64,000 nucleotides of DNA from Planctomycetota bacterium (GTDB taxonomy: Bacteria > Planctomycetota > PLA2 > JAEUHO01). The notes beneath the pieces are model-generated. The model was not told the DNA's origin. It ran no database searches and saw nothing but the letters and a program-made list of their open reading frames with translations. The position numbers were made by a program, and so were the translations under genes. The stretch is from contig CBDCTJ010000007.1 of the NCBI GenBank assembly GCA_965222115.1, positions 2,336,001 to 2,400,000 on the forward strand, read 5' to 3'. Shown here piece after piece: positions 38,280 to 48,800 of this stretch (position 1 is the stretch's first letter; each line of letters begins with the position of its first letter).

Positions 38280-39374
38280 TTACGCGCGGGGGCGCTTGTA
38301 AAAGGGGGCAGGCACCACCGTCATGGGCTGTCGCTTGCCGCGGTGATCGACATCGAGCGTGGCGCCCACCGGAGCACACCCGGCCTTTACCAAAATGCGC
38401 GCAATGCGTTTGCCCACTGTGGGACTGATGCCGCCGCTCGTGACTTCGCCGATCTCATCATCCCCACGATACACCTTGCACCCATGGCGCGGCACACGAC
38501 CACCCTCTTGTGCCAGAGAGGCCGCTTCTCTCGCGAGACCCTCGGCCTTGCGAGCCTTCAATGCAGGAATGCCGATGGTGTCTTCCAACGATAGGTCCAC
38601 ACCAAAGGCGAGGTCGGCTTCAAGCGGATCGATGGATTCGTTTATCTCCTGCCCATAGAGCGGCATGCCCGCTTCCAGGCGCAGTACGTCTCGCGCGCCC
38701 AACCCAATGGGCTGAAGTCCTTTGTCGCTTCCCGACGAAAGAAGTGCGTCCCAGACGCTGCGCGCATGCTGCTTGTCGAAGAACAATTCAAATCCGTCTT
38801 CGCCCGTATAACCCGTGCGCGCGATGAGCGTGGGTTGATCACAGATGATGGCGTTGGCGAAGCGGTAGTATTTGAGGCGAGATAGATTCACGTTGCAGTG
38901 CGGTTGAAGTACGGCTTCAGAAATCTTGCCTTGCAGGGCAATCATGGCCTGCACATCCGAGACGTTGAGTACATCGGCGTCGGCATTCATGCCCGTGGCC
39001 GCATCACGCACCCAGGCAAAATCCTTGTCGCGCCCGGTTGCGTTGACCACAATATGTACGACATCCGTATCGCGATAAACGAGTACGTCATCAATTGGAT
39101 AGCCGTCTTCATTCAGCAGAAAGCCGTACTTGGCTCGGCCCACGCGCAATCGTTCCAGATTGCCACTAAACACACGCTCAACAACGTCTTCGCGTGCAGG
39201 ACCGCGAACTTCCAGGCGCCCCATATGACACAAGTCAAAGATGCCGCCGGTTTCGCGTGTGCAGGTGGTCTCTTCCAAGATGCCGGTGTACTGGACGGGC
39301 ATGTCCCAGCCGAAGAAGTCGACGAATCGGGCACCCGCGGCTTGGTGGGCGTCAAAGAGGGGTGTGCGGTTCAT
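38280..39374 (-). CDS. gcvT: Glycine cleavage system T protein (aminomethyltransferase)
   Basis: RTPL..H, F.GWDMPVQY, FDLCHMG, RTGYTGEDGFE and GLGARDVLRLEAGMPLYG motifs. Confidence 0.96.
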   Translation of the reverse strand: MNRTPLFDAHQAAGARFVDFFGWDMPVQYTGILEETTCTRETGGIFDLCHMGRLEVRGPAREDVVERVFSGNLERLRVGRAKYGFLLNEDGYPIDDVLVYRDTDVVHIVVNATGRDKDFAWVRDAATGMNADADVLNVSDVQAMIALQGKISEAVLQPHCNVNLSRLKYYRFANAIICDQPTLIARTGYTGEDGFELFFDKQHARSVWDALLSSGSDKGLQPIGLGARDVLRLEAGMPLYGQEINESIDPLEADLAFGVDLSLEDTIGIPALKARKAEGLAREAASLAQEGGRVPRHGCKVYRGDDEIGEVTSGGISPTVGKRIARILVKAGCAPVGATLDVDHRGKRQPMTVVPAPFYKRPRA

Positions 39375-39462
39375 GCCAATCGGGCTCCATCGATCTCTGA
39401 AGTGGAAGCGTGGCACGCGCCGCGCCGAAAGGGAAGCCATCGCGGGGGCGCGTATGAGGTTG

Positions 39463-41223
39463 CTACTTTTCCGACTCCGAACTAGAGCGGGATCGGCCTC
39501 CGGTGGCTTTGGCAAGCGCCGTCATGAACTTCTTGTCGGCTCCCTTTTCTCCGATCAGAACGGTATTGATATGCACCTGCCTGAAACGGTTGAGCGCTGG
39601 GAACTCTTGAAGGATGCGAAAATCGCGGTCGAGGCGCCCGCGACTGGGTCGGCCATCCGAAAGCAGAATGACGGTGTCGACCTCTTCGTGGATCGCAGCC
39701 TCCAGCGGCTCCACAAAGGCACCCCAGCCCACCGCCTCCTGTTTGCGAAGCCAGCCGAGGGCCTTCTTCTTGTTGGCGCCGGAGGCCGGGCGAATCTTGC
39801 CCAGCGCGCGCGTGAGCTTGGCCTTTGGCGGATGGTCACTTGGGTAGCGGTACACAAACACATCGAACGCCACATCCTTGTCGAATGCCTCAAGCGTCTT
39901 GGCAAACTCCTCACGGAGTACATCGAGTTTCGTGCGTGCGTCTCGCTTGCTCGCGGCATCGCGCATGGAGCCGCTCAAGTCAAAGACGAATACGAGTTGC
40001 TTGCTGCGTAACGGCACGTCGAAAAACGACACGCTGCCGCCCATTTTGTTGGATTTGCCACGCTCCCTTGGATCACGAAATGCAATACGACCGTGGCGAT
40101 CGATCTCGGGACGCGCGTCCAACTCGAGTCTGTCCTTCTGCGCGTTCCACCACGCCTGCCACAGGTCGGGATCGTCGCCCAGGGCTTTGCCCGAGATGGT
40201 TTCCAACGCGCGCTGTGCGTCGTCGCTCAATCGTCCGGTTTCTGCGCCCAGTCGCGCAATGAGCAACGGAACGACGTCTGGCTGCCAAACACGCAATGCG
40301 GCAAGTATTGCCGCGGAACGCACGCGCCACGACGTGTCGGAAAGCAACGAAACAAGCACGGGCATGCCTGCGCCCGGCCATGTCAAGCACTCAAGACGGC
40401 AGGGAAACACATCCGCCAAAGCAATGCGCACTTCCTCATGCGGCGACGCCAACGCCTTTGCTACGTCGTTTTTTGAGAGGCCATCACAAAGCTCCAACCC
40501 GCGTACCGCTCCGGCCTGTGCCAAGGGGTGAACGGCGGACTGCAAATGACCTCGCAGGATGGCGGTTACCGTTTCGGGCTCTTCAACTTTGCCCGCCGCA
40601 CGCGCGAGCCAAAAATTGGCGACGCCAGCCTTCTTACCGATTCGATCGGAAAAGCGAGGTGCCTTCGCATCCCACGAACCACTCAGGCGTAGCGCCATAC
40701 GCGCCCACGTTGTGAGTACCGCAGGGTGTTTCTCTTTAGGAAAACGAGCACGCATGGCGTCGAAGAAGTCTCTGCGCCCCGCCAACCCCAGCGCAGTGAC
40801 AAGGCCACACCGCACATGAGGTTCTTTGTGGGCGAGCCCCTTCTTCCACATCCACGTGCGCACATCGCGCGCCCGTGCGGCCTCCCCTTTGCGTTTGCCA
40901 CCTGCCATTCGAATCCATGCGCTCACAACGTGATCATGGATGTGCTCATACGGATCGTCCATGAGTTCCAACAATGCTTTGGCGGCTTCCGGCGTGCCCA
41001 ACTTGGCAATCGCGCGCATGGACTTCAAGCGTTCACGTTGCTTGAAGGGTTCTCGCGCATGGGTCGCGATGTCTTTTAGCAACCGGTCGATTTCATTCGT
41101 ACGTGCGTCCGCGACACGTGGCACGGCCGAAAGGCCATAGACACCGATTGCAAGTAAGAACAGGCACGTACCTAGGCGAAAGCCTCTCGGCGACGTGCTC
41201 GTGCGAATCGTTCGTCGGTCCAT
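39463..41223 (-). CDS. HEAT-repeat protein with C-terminal vWA domain
   Basis: HEAT motifs (LLSDTSWRVRSAA), FVFDLSGSM MIDAS, ILLSDGRP and LAKATGG; signal peptide. Confidence 0.85.
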   Translation of the reverse strand: MDRRTIRTSTSPRGFRLGTCLFLLAIGVYGLSAVPRVADARTNEIDRLLKDIATHAREPFKQRERLKSMRAIAKLGTPEAAKALLELMDDPYEHIHDHVVSAWIRMAGGKRKGEAARARDVRTWMWKKGLAHKEPHVRCGLVTALGLAGRRDFFDAMRARFPKEKHPAVLTTWARMALRLSGSWDAKAPRFSDRIGKKAGVANFWLARAAGKVEEPETVTAILRGHLQSAVHPLAQAGAVRGLELCDGLSKNDVAKALASPHEEVRIALADVFPCRLECLTWPGAGMPVLVSLLSDTSWRVRSAAILAALRVWQPDVVPLLIARLGAETGRLSDDAQRALETISGKALGDDPDLWQAWWNAQKDRLELDARPEIDRHGRIAFRDPRERGKSNKMGGSVSFFDVPLRSKQLVFVFDLSGSMRDAASKRDARTKLDVLREEFAKTLEAFDKDVAFDVFVYRYPSDHPPKAKLTRALGKIRPASGANKKKALGWLRKQEAVGWGAFVEPLEAAIHEEVDTVILLSDGRPSRGRLDRDFRILQEFPALNRFRQVHINTVLIGEKGADKKFMTALAKATGGRSRSSSESEK

Positions 41224-41315
41224 GGCCGAATCATACCGGGATGGCTATCGAGTCGGGGTCGTTGGCGCATGGGGATGCATATGGATTGCGTGAGTGGCCT
41301 TGGGGATTGCGAGCG

Positions 41316-43628
41316 CTACTTCGGGGCGATGACGAGGCGAAACACGAGCGCTTTGTCCTTCGTATTGGCGTCCACCGCCGTACGGCCGTCGAGTGATGCG
41401 CGCGTGAGCAGTCCTCGAGGATGGTGCTTGAGCACGTAGGCGCCTGCTGCGTCGGTAACGAGCTCCCCGTCGGCACGGGTGACCAACTGAGCGATCCCCA
41501 TGGGGGAGCGCGCTCCGAGCCTCGCGGGTCGCGCCGTGCCGTCGCGGCGCGCGCCGTTGCGCCCAAAGAACACATCACTTCCGGGTTGGTCTAGGTAGTC
41601 CTCGCCCGCCATACGTCGCCATTCGGCTTCCGTGGGAAGTCGATAGGGGAGTTCCTCAATCGATGCGCGCCATGCGGCATAGGCCGCCGCATCGTGCGGT
41701 CGAATGCCCCGTACCGGGCGAGATCGCGCATCGGCTGTGGCCAGCCACATTTTCGTACCGCTTCGATCGCGCTCGAATCCACTTGGGGGCACGCGGCTTC
41801 GGCGCTCCGCATCGTCCTCGATCTCCGCAAGCCACGCTTCGTAGTCGGAGTTGGTAATGAGATCGACGCTTGCAACGAAGGGTTGTGGCGCGTTCGGTTT
41901 CCCCGGATGGTTGTTCGCAGGATTGTTGGTCGCAGGTATCCACACCATGCCCTCGGGATGCGGAACGATGGAGGCGCCAAAATGCAATGCCGGAGGCACC
42001 GACGTTTCGCGCCCTGGAGCACAGAGCACCATGAGATCGATGCGCGCGCCCGAAATCCGAAAGATCCCTGGCGGAAGTGTCAATACATCGAGGCTGCGCA
42101 CGGCGTACTGCTCCTTCGGAAACTGCACACTCGCGTCAACGGCCTTCACTTTCCCCGTAACGGTTCCGTTTGAATTGGCTATTGGCTCCGGTTTCCACAT
42201 GGCTTGAAGCGATTCGACACGGCTCACCAACTCATCACGGTGTGCGCCTGCAGGGAGCCCCTCGATTTTTTTTGCCGCGACTTCCGTTTCGTTACGCACA
42301 GCTTGGATGGCGTGCATCCATGCACGCGCGCTTCCGTTCTTAAGTGTGTCGATGTTTCGTAGGGCGGTCCAACGTTCATCGAGGTCCGTCAGTTGTGTGC
42401 TGGCGTCATCCGTTCGCAAGTCGTCGGAGTGGGGCTCGCGAGCCAGGAACACCATGCCGAGCACAAGGCCCGTCGCTACGCCAGCCAACGTGCCAAGGAT
42501 GCGGGAACGATTGCGCCGCAGCCAACGAAACGCGCGATCCAGCGTGGCCGATCCCGCGCCACCTTCTACCACAGCGCGCGCGGTTTGACCGCGCAACCAC
42601 CGTTGGAGATCTTCCTTGAGCGCGCCGGCCGTTGCGTAGCGTTCATCGGGCTGTACGGCCATGGCCTTATTGACGATGGCGCTCAGTGAGGATCCCATCA
42701 CTTCCGGCAGCGGTGGATACACACCCTTGCGCGCATCGCTCAACATATCGTCTTGGGTGCGAAAGTCGGGCGCTTCGAGTTGTTCGCGACGTTTGGTGTA
42801 GCCGCGTGCCTTGGCGAGTTCGCCGGCAGCTTCGGCTTTGGCCTCGGCCTTCTTGAGTGCTTCGACGCGTTCGGCAACGTCTTTCTTGCTAAACGGCGAT
42901 GCACGACCGATGGGCGGCTCAGCAGAATAGACATAGCGAATCAAATTGCCAAGACCCCACACGTCGGTGCGTGGATCGACATTCGCGGCGGCTTGCTCGG
43001 GTGAAAGAAAGCGTGGCGTTCCCACGATCTTTCGAGCTGCGGGGACTTCATCCATGGCGCGGCAAATGCCGAAGTCGATGACATACGCACGGCGCGTGCG
43101 CACGTCGATCAATATGTTTTCCGGTTTGATGTCGCGGTGTTGAATCTTGTACGTCTGATTGGCCGCGTGAATCCCGTCGATGACCGGCAAGATCACATCG
43201 GCGATCAACTGCTTGGGATCGGCCCATCGCCGGAGGCGGGGATACGTACTTGCGAGTTTTCCGTTTTGGGCCAGCTCAACGACCACGTCGAGCGTGACGG
43301 GTTCGTAAACCAACTCCATGACGAAGTAGGGGCGTTCGGGATTGAGCCAGCCCCGATCATAGACCGGCATGACATGCTCATGGCGAATCGCAGCTTCGGC
43401 TTCGCACTCAGCCAAGAAGCGCTCCCGCAGTGATTCAGGAATGCCATCCGCCAACAATTTGAGCGCAACGAAGCGATTGGTCTGCTCGTCAAAGGCGCGA
43501 TACACGGTACCCATACCGCCGCGGCCAACGGGCTCTTCGATGCGATAGCGTCCGAGCGTAGAACCGGCAGGCAAGTCGTCCTTTTGCCGCTTGAGTCCGC
43601 CGGTGGATGCATCGATGGTCGTGCTCAT
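41316..43628 (-). CDS. Membrane Ser/Thr kinase with C-terminal FGE-sulfatase-like domain
   Basis: GRGGMGTVY, HRDIKPENI, DFGI and GTPRFLSPEQ motifs, a TM helix, and RLPTEAEW. Confidence 0.88.
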   Translation of the reverse strand: MSTTIDASTGGLKRQKDDLPAGSTLGRYRIEEPVGRGGMGTVYRAFDEQTNRFVALKLLADGIPESLRERFLAECEAEAAIRHEHVMPVYDRGWLNPERPYFVMELVYEPVTLDVVVELAQNGKLASTYPRLRRWADPKQLIADVILPVIDGIHAANQTYKIQHRDIKPENILIDVRTRRAYVIDFGICRAMDEVPAARKIVGTPRFLSPEQAAANVDPRTDVWGLGNLIRYVYSAEPPIGRASPFSKKDVAERVEALKKAEAKAEAAGELAKARGYTKRREQLEAPDFRTQDDMLSDARKGVYPPLPEVMGSSLSAIVNKAMAVQPDERYATAGALKEDLQRWLRGQTARAVVEGGAGSATLDRAFRWLRRNRSRILGTLAGVATGLVLGMVFLAREPHSDDLRTDDASTQLTDLDERWTALRNIDTLKNGSARAWMHAIQAVRNETEVAAKKIEGLPAGAHRDELVSRVESLQAMWKPEPIANSNGTVTGKVKAVDASVQFPKEQYAVRSLDVLTLPPGIFRISGARIDLMVLCAPGRETSVPPALHFGASIVPHPEGMVWIPATNNPANNHPGKPNAPQPFVASVDLITNSDYEAWLAEIEDDAERRSRVPPSGFERDRSGTKMWLATADARSRPVRGIRPHDAAAYAAWRASIEELPYRLPTEAEWRRMAGEDYLDQPGSDVFFGRNGARRDGTARPARLGARSPMGIAQLVTRADGELVTDAAGAYVLKHHPRGLLTRASLDGRTAVDANTKDKALVFRLVIAPK

Positions 43629-43665
43629 TGCCGTAAAGCCTATCGCAAGTTGCGATGACGATCAT

Positions 43666-43890
43666 CTAACGCTCCAGCGTGGTCACCCTGCCGGGCTTGA
43701 CCTCGACTTCGTGGCGTGTTGTGCGCCCATGTTCCTGGCACTTGATCTCTACGACGTACGTGCCCGCCGAAAGTCGCTCACACGCCCACACCGGCTCCGC
43801 CGTGTTTGGTTGCAGCACGTCTGGTTGCAGCACGTCTCGTTGCAGCACAATGAACTCATCGAGTCCTGCGCGCGTTGCACGAACGTTCAC
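43666..43890 (-). pseudogene. Short gene fragment next to the tRNA 3' end
   Basis: LSAGTYVVEI...EVEVKPGRVTT resembles the end of a carboxypeptidase-regulatory/PEGA-like beta domain. The frame is open back to the tRNA end; no clear RBS. Confidence 0.35.
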
Positions 43891-43930
43891 GAATGAAGTG
43901 TCAACGGCCTTTACGACGTAGAAGGGATCG

Positions 43931-44017
43931 TGGTGCGAGAGGGGGGACTCGAACCCCCAATCCCTTTCGGGAACCAGATCCTAAATCTGGCGCGTCTGCC
44001 AATTCCGCCACTCTCGC
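43931..44017 (-). tRNA. tRNA-Leu (anticodon TAG)
   Basis: GCGAGAG acceptor stem, GGCGGAATTGGCAGACGC D-arm, CCAGA-TTTAGGA-TCTGG anticodon arm, long variable arm, GGTTCGAGTCC and encoded CCA. Confidence 0.97.
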
Positions 44018-44039
44018 GTGGGTGGGGCATTCTATCCCA

Positions 44040-44186
44040 TGCGCCAAATTTACCTGGTATTTGTGACGCATCCATGGCGCGGCGGGCCGGAAACGGCGAG
44101 TGGTTCGCGGTGCGCCAAGAATACCTGGTTTCTTTGGCGCATAGAGAAGGCGCCGTGCGCCAGGAATACCAGGTATTTGTGGCGCG
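44040..44186. repeat. Three 31-bp imperfect palindromes between folE and tRNA-Leu
   Basis: TGCGCCA..AATACC[T/A]GGT.T...TG[G/A]CGC at 44040, 44111 and 44156. Confidence 0.8.
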
Positions 44187-44762
44187 CTAGCGGCGGATGA
44201 TCTCGAGGAACTCTTGACGCGTTTTGGGGTCACTGCGAAACGTCCCGAGCATACAGGATGTGACCGTCGAGCTGTTTTGCTTGTTGACGCCGCGCATCAT
44301 CATGCAGAGATGTTGGGCTTCGATAATGACGCCAGCGCCGCGGGGATTGAGAGCCTCGGCAATCGCTTCAGCGACTTGCGTAGTGAGGCGTTCTTGGACC
44401 TGGAGGCGACGGGCAAAGACATCGACGACGCGGGCGAGTTTGCTCAAGCCCACGATCTTCTTGCGCGGTAGGTACGCAACGTGAGCACGGCCGAAAAAGG
44501 GGAGCATGTGATGCTCGCAGAGGCTGTAGAGTTCAATGTCCTTTACGACCACCATTTCATCGGTATCGCTTTCGAACACTGCCGCGTTCAAGACGTCGTG
44601 GGCATTGCTCTCATAGCCGTGCGTCAAGAACTTGAGGCTCTTTGCAACGCGCAACGGCGTCCGACGCAATCCTTCTCGTTCTGGATCTTCACCGATGCCA
44701 TTGAGCAGGCGGGTCACCGCCGAAAGCATGGCTTCGGGCGGTGTAGAAGCGTTTTCATCCAT
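44187..44762 (-). CDS. folE: GTP cyclohydrolase I
   Basis: [39 protein letters not shown] and HLCMMMRG motifs. Confidence 0.97.
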   Translation of the reverse strand: MDENASTPPEAMLSAVTRLLNGIGEDPEREGLRRTPLRVAKSLKFLTHGYESNAHDVLNAAVFESDTDEMVVVKDIELYSLCEHHMLPFFGRAHVAYLPRKKIVGLSKLARVVDVFARRLQVQERLTTQVAEAIAEALNPRGAGVIIEAQHLCMMMRGVNKQNSSTVTSCMLGTFRSDPKTRQEFLEIIRR

Positions 44763-44911
44763 GGTCGATTGATCCTCATGAACGCGTGAGTGGCACGTTG
44801 TATCGCGCGCAGGGCGGATTCGCTTGCGGGATTGCTGCCGATCGGTCGATTTACGCCGCGATCGGCGAGTAGCTTCTTGCTGCCAAGCCCGCTCGCACGC
44901 ACCATGCGCCC

Positions 44912-45790
44912 ATGGCCGCATCCGTCTCCGTTCGCGCCGAACTTCTCTTTAGCGCGCGTTGTGGTCGACCGCCCCAGGGAAGTGTGTTCGCTCCGGGGCG
45001 CGCTGTACTCATGCGTCGGGCAGATGCCGAAGCGGGCGATGAACTTCTCGTCGCGCCCACGGCCCAAGGGATTTCAGCCGTTTGGGGGATACGCCCCGAT
45101 CGCCGTGTTGCCGTGTGGGCCATGGATCAGCGTGCCAAAGATCACTTTTCGCATGGCGAAACAACACGTTCGGGCCGTCTTTGGGCCGATCTTGCTCGCG
45201 GTGCGGCCGCGCGACTGGATAACCAAGGTTGGCGGCCGCCCGGCATCGACATGGTTGTGATTGGTGACTTGCCTCAGAAAATGGGCCTCGCTTCATCTAC
45301 CGCGTACACCGCTGCCATTCTTCGGAGCTTTTACGCAGCGATCGAAGAGTCGCGTTCGGCGAACGATCTCGCGCGCGATATTGGATGGGTCGAGCGGCAC
45401 TGGGGAGGTCCTTCGGTGTACGACATCGACGCGCACATGCTTGCACGTGAACCCAACTCGTTTGTACACGTGCGTCCCGGCATGTCGTTTGATGATCTCA
45501 AATCGTGGCCCTTGACCCACCGTGTTCGCGGCCATCTGACGAAAACGGTTCGTCCCGACTTTGATGACGATGCAGAGGGGCTGAACCGCGCAATGCAAGC
45601 GCTCGCACAAAACGACATGGACGCTCTATTCGACGTGATCAAGCAGACGACATCTACAGTGCTGGGTTCCGATGCATCGTTATCGGCCATGCGCGAGGCG
45701 TTACGGGAAGAACCTCACGTTCAAGCGGTTCGCGTCCATCCCGTGGGGCAACAGTCAGGACTCATCGAAATCTCGCTTCCCGCTTCGTAG
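44912..45790 (+). CDS. GHMP kinase (galactokinase-like), divergent
   Basis: [17 protein letters not shown]-binding loop; C-terminal domain short and atypical. Confidence 0.55.
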   Translation: MAASVSVRAELLFSARCGRPPQGSVFAPGRAVLMRRADAEAGDELLVAPTAQGISAVWGIRPDRRVAVWAMDQRAKDHFSHGETTRSGRLWADLARGAAARLDNQGWRPPGIDMVVIGDLPQKMGLASSTAYTAAILRSFYAAIEESRSANDLARDIGWVERHWGGPSVYDIDAHMLAREPNSFVHVRPGMSFDDLKSWPLTHRVRGHLTKTVRPDFDDDAEGLNRAMQALAQNDMDALFDVIKQTTSTVLGSDASLSAMREALREEPHVQAVRVHPVGQQSGLIEISLPAS

Positions 45791-45875
45791 CGAATCTCGC
45801 CGCTATTTCCGCGCCAGACGCTTGCTTGTCCATCGTTTAGGCTAGACGCACTCGCGCTAGGTATGGAGGCAAACG

Positions 45876-48800
45876 ATGCGCATCGCGGCTTTCACACTCA
45901 TTGCCTTGGTGGCCTGCGGATTACTCGCCTGGGTGCTCTTGGGTGACCCGATTGCGGAAGAGTCTCACGACCATGCCGTTGCGACGAAAGAGCTGGGCAC
46001 CGATGCATCGCAGCCTGTACTTCACGGGCAAAATCCACACGAGACTCCGAATGAACGCTCGAAGACCGATCACGCGAACTGCAAGATCCACGTTACGGTT
46101 CGTGACTCAGATGGCGCGCCTGCTGCTGGTGTGGCGGTGGAGGTACGTAGCTTCATCAAGCCGTCTCACGATGCGAGTCAGAAGGACGCGCGCGTCCAGC
46201 AAAGGGATTCCATCGAATCTCTGGTTCGCGACGCCCTATCCGGCGCTAGCAAAGCGACGTACGTAGTCGCGGCCGGAGTTTCCGATGGCGACGGCCGTAT
46301 CACGTTCGATGTTTGCAGGGGAAGGCGGGTCTGGATTCAAGCCAAACCCACACCGCCACTCGTTAGCCCACGCCGATGGATTCTTTGGCCACGTGAGCAA
46401 ACGTCTTCAAAGAACGTAACGTTGGTGCTTGCCCGGGGCGCAGCGATTGAGGGTCAAATAGTTTCTCGGAATGGGAGCTACGCAGGCACGCGCTTCTCTG
46501 TGTCTGGCAAGAGTGGTTGGACGCATCAAGGAACGTGCGATCCAGAGACCGGCACCTTTCAAATCGCTCATGCGCCTTCCGATTCGCTCACCTTTCATGT
46601 AACGACCGGGGAAGGGCGCAACTACGGCGGATTCGATTTTTCTCCTCCGTTCAAAGGGCCCTTGAGAATTCAACTTCCCAGTGGCACCGCGAGCCTGCGG
46701 ATCGTGGCAACCAATGAAGCGGGATCACCCGTTGCTAATGCCGCAGTCCACGCACGAGTTTCTTCGGGCGATGCAGCAAATCCGTTTCACACTAGACTGG
46801 CCGGTTTGACGGATGACATGGGCGTCGCGCTGTGGAAGAACGCGTCCGCGGGAAGACTGTCACTAGTTATGGCCGCCTGCGAGTCGTACGTGCCTTATGT
46901 GTCCCATATGCGAACGGGACAAGGCGCCACCAAACTCACCGAAGGACAGATCACGTCCGTACCCGTCACACTCTCTCAAGGCGGTTCCATCGAGGGCGTT
47001 GTGACGCGCGTTTCGGACAGTGCTGTGCTCTCGAACGCAACGATTCTGCTACGCTCCATCGAACGAAAACATGAGTCGCCGATCTCAACACGGTCCGATG
47101 AACAAGGCCGTTTTCGTTTCGAGATGGTGGGACTCGGCTCCTACATCCTCTTTGGCCAGCACAAGCACTACTTCGATCCGAGCGTTGAGGGGCTCCCGGT
47201 GGTCCCTTTTTCTTCGCAACGGACACCTGCGGTTCCAAGCCACTTAGTTGTTTCGCTCACCGCCAATGATCGAACGGTTACGAAGAACATCGCGCTCAAG
47301 GCCGGTGCCACGTTGGCTGGGCGTGTCCTCGATGAGCACGATCATCCAGTTGAGGGGGCTCGAATCACGATTGAAGACGTGGGCATTCCCAAGGACGTGT
47401 TGCGTTCGTGGGGTGGCTTTATGACCTTCTCGCCTCAAGGTCAGACGACATCGGACGCCGAAGGTCGCTTCGCATTGGTGGGGCTGGCGCCGCGCAGTAA
47501 CTGGCAGCTCTACGCCGTTGCCGATGGCTATGCGGGTACGGCGAGCGATCCTGTGTCTCTCCAAGACGGTCCACGTGATGACGTGATTTTGCGAGTCGTC
47601 CGCGGTGCAGAGATACACGGGCACGTCGTAGATGGACATGGCAAGCCCCTGGTGGGCGTTCGAGTCCTGCTAAGCGGAAATGTCAAATTAGTCAGTGGAG
47701 AGAGGTTTGCCGTAAGTGGAGCGCATGGGGAATTCTCCTTTAGGGGGCTGGCACCCGAAGCCTATGCACTCAAGGTATTTGTGAATAGACGACTGAAAAC
47801 ATGGCCGGTCGATACCCTATCGCTCGGCGAGCACCGCAGCGGTGTAAAGGTCATCATCAAGAAGGCGAAGGCGCTCACGGGAACACTGCAAACGACAAGC
47901 GGAGATCCCTTGGCAAATACTGAAGTCGCGTTGTTGTTCATTGGCACCACCAACACGTCGCCATTCGTCAAGGGCCTAACCGATGAGCACGGTCGGTTTC
48001 GGCTTGAGAGCGACCATAAGGGGAACGCAACGCTTTACGTATTGATTGGTGGGGACATGAAACCCGTTGGCCCTCCTGTTCCTGTCCCATTCCAAGACGA
48101 GGTTTTCACGTTTGATCCGCCGAAAACGACGCGGCTTTCGGGGCAGGTGAAGCGTTCCGATGAAGGGGGGATAGGATCTTTCACGTTGAACGTGCGCGAA
48201 AAGGGCGGCGGTCATCCTCGAACCTATTCGATCGATGGCACGGAGTTTTCGGTTGAATACACAGGAGAGGCGCCGATTCTAATCGATGTACTTCATGTGA
48301 AAGACGAACGAGGTTTGCTTACTGCATTCCTTAGTCTCGATGAGCTGGTTGAAGATCCCACGAAACCGATTCAGATCGCGCTCCGACAGGGCGCCACCGT
48401 CTCCGGGAAGGCGCTCGACGAGCAGGGCAGCGGTGTTGCCGGCGTGCTGGTGCGCCACGGTCAACTATCGGCTGTGAGTGCACAGGATGGGTCGTGGACA
48501 CTCACCGGCATGCCCGTTCGCTCCGGTCACACGCGCGTGTCCCTTGAAGTAGTCGTTCCACCTGGCTTTGTCCCTGTGCCGAGGTTCTCCGCAAAGGTGG
48601 AAGACAACGACGTGGAGATCCGTCTCAAGCAGGGGCTGATGATTCGTGGGCGTGTCGTGCTTCCCAAGGGCATTGCCACTCATGCCATCAACCTAACGGC
48701 TTCGTTTGCGGATGGCAACACGGGCATTGAGAAGAAGGTCAGTTCCAAGGCAAGTCCCACCGGCGTATTTGAAATCGGCGGTTTCCCGGCGGGTGAGCAT

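Noticed and set aside
38131-39462. Glycine riboswitch near gcvT/gcvH
   Set aside because: No recognisable aptamer in the short gap upstream of gcvT; only a simple hairpin between gcvT and gcvH.
44040-44186. Mini-CRISPR array
   Set aside because: The repeats differ from each other, the spacers are 40 and 14 nt, and there are no cas genes.
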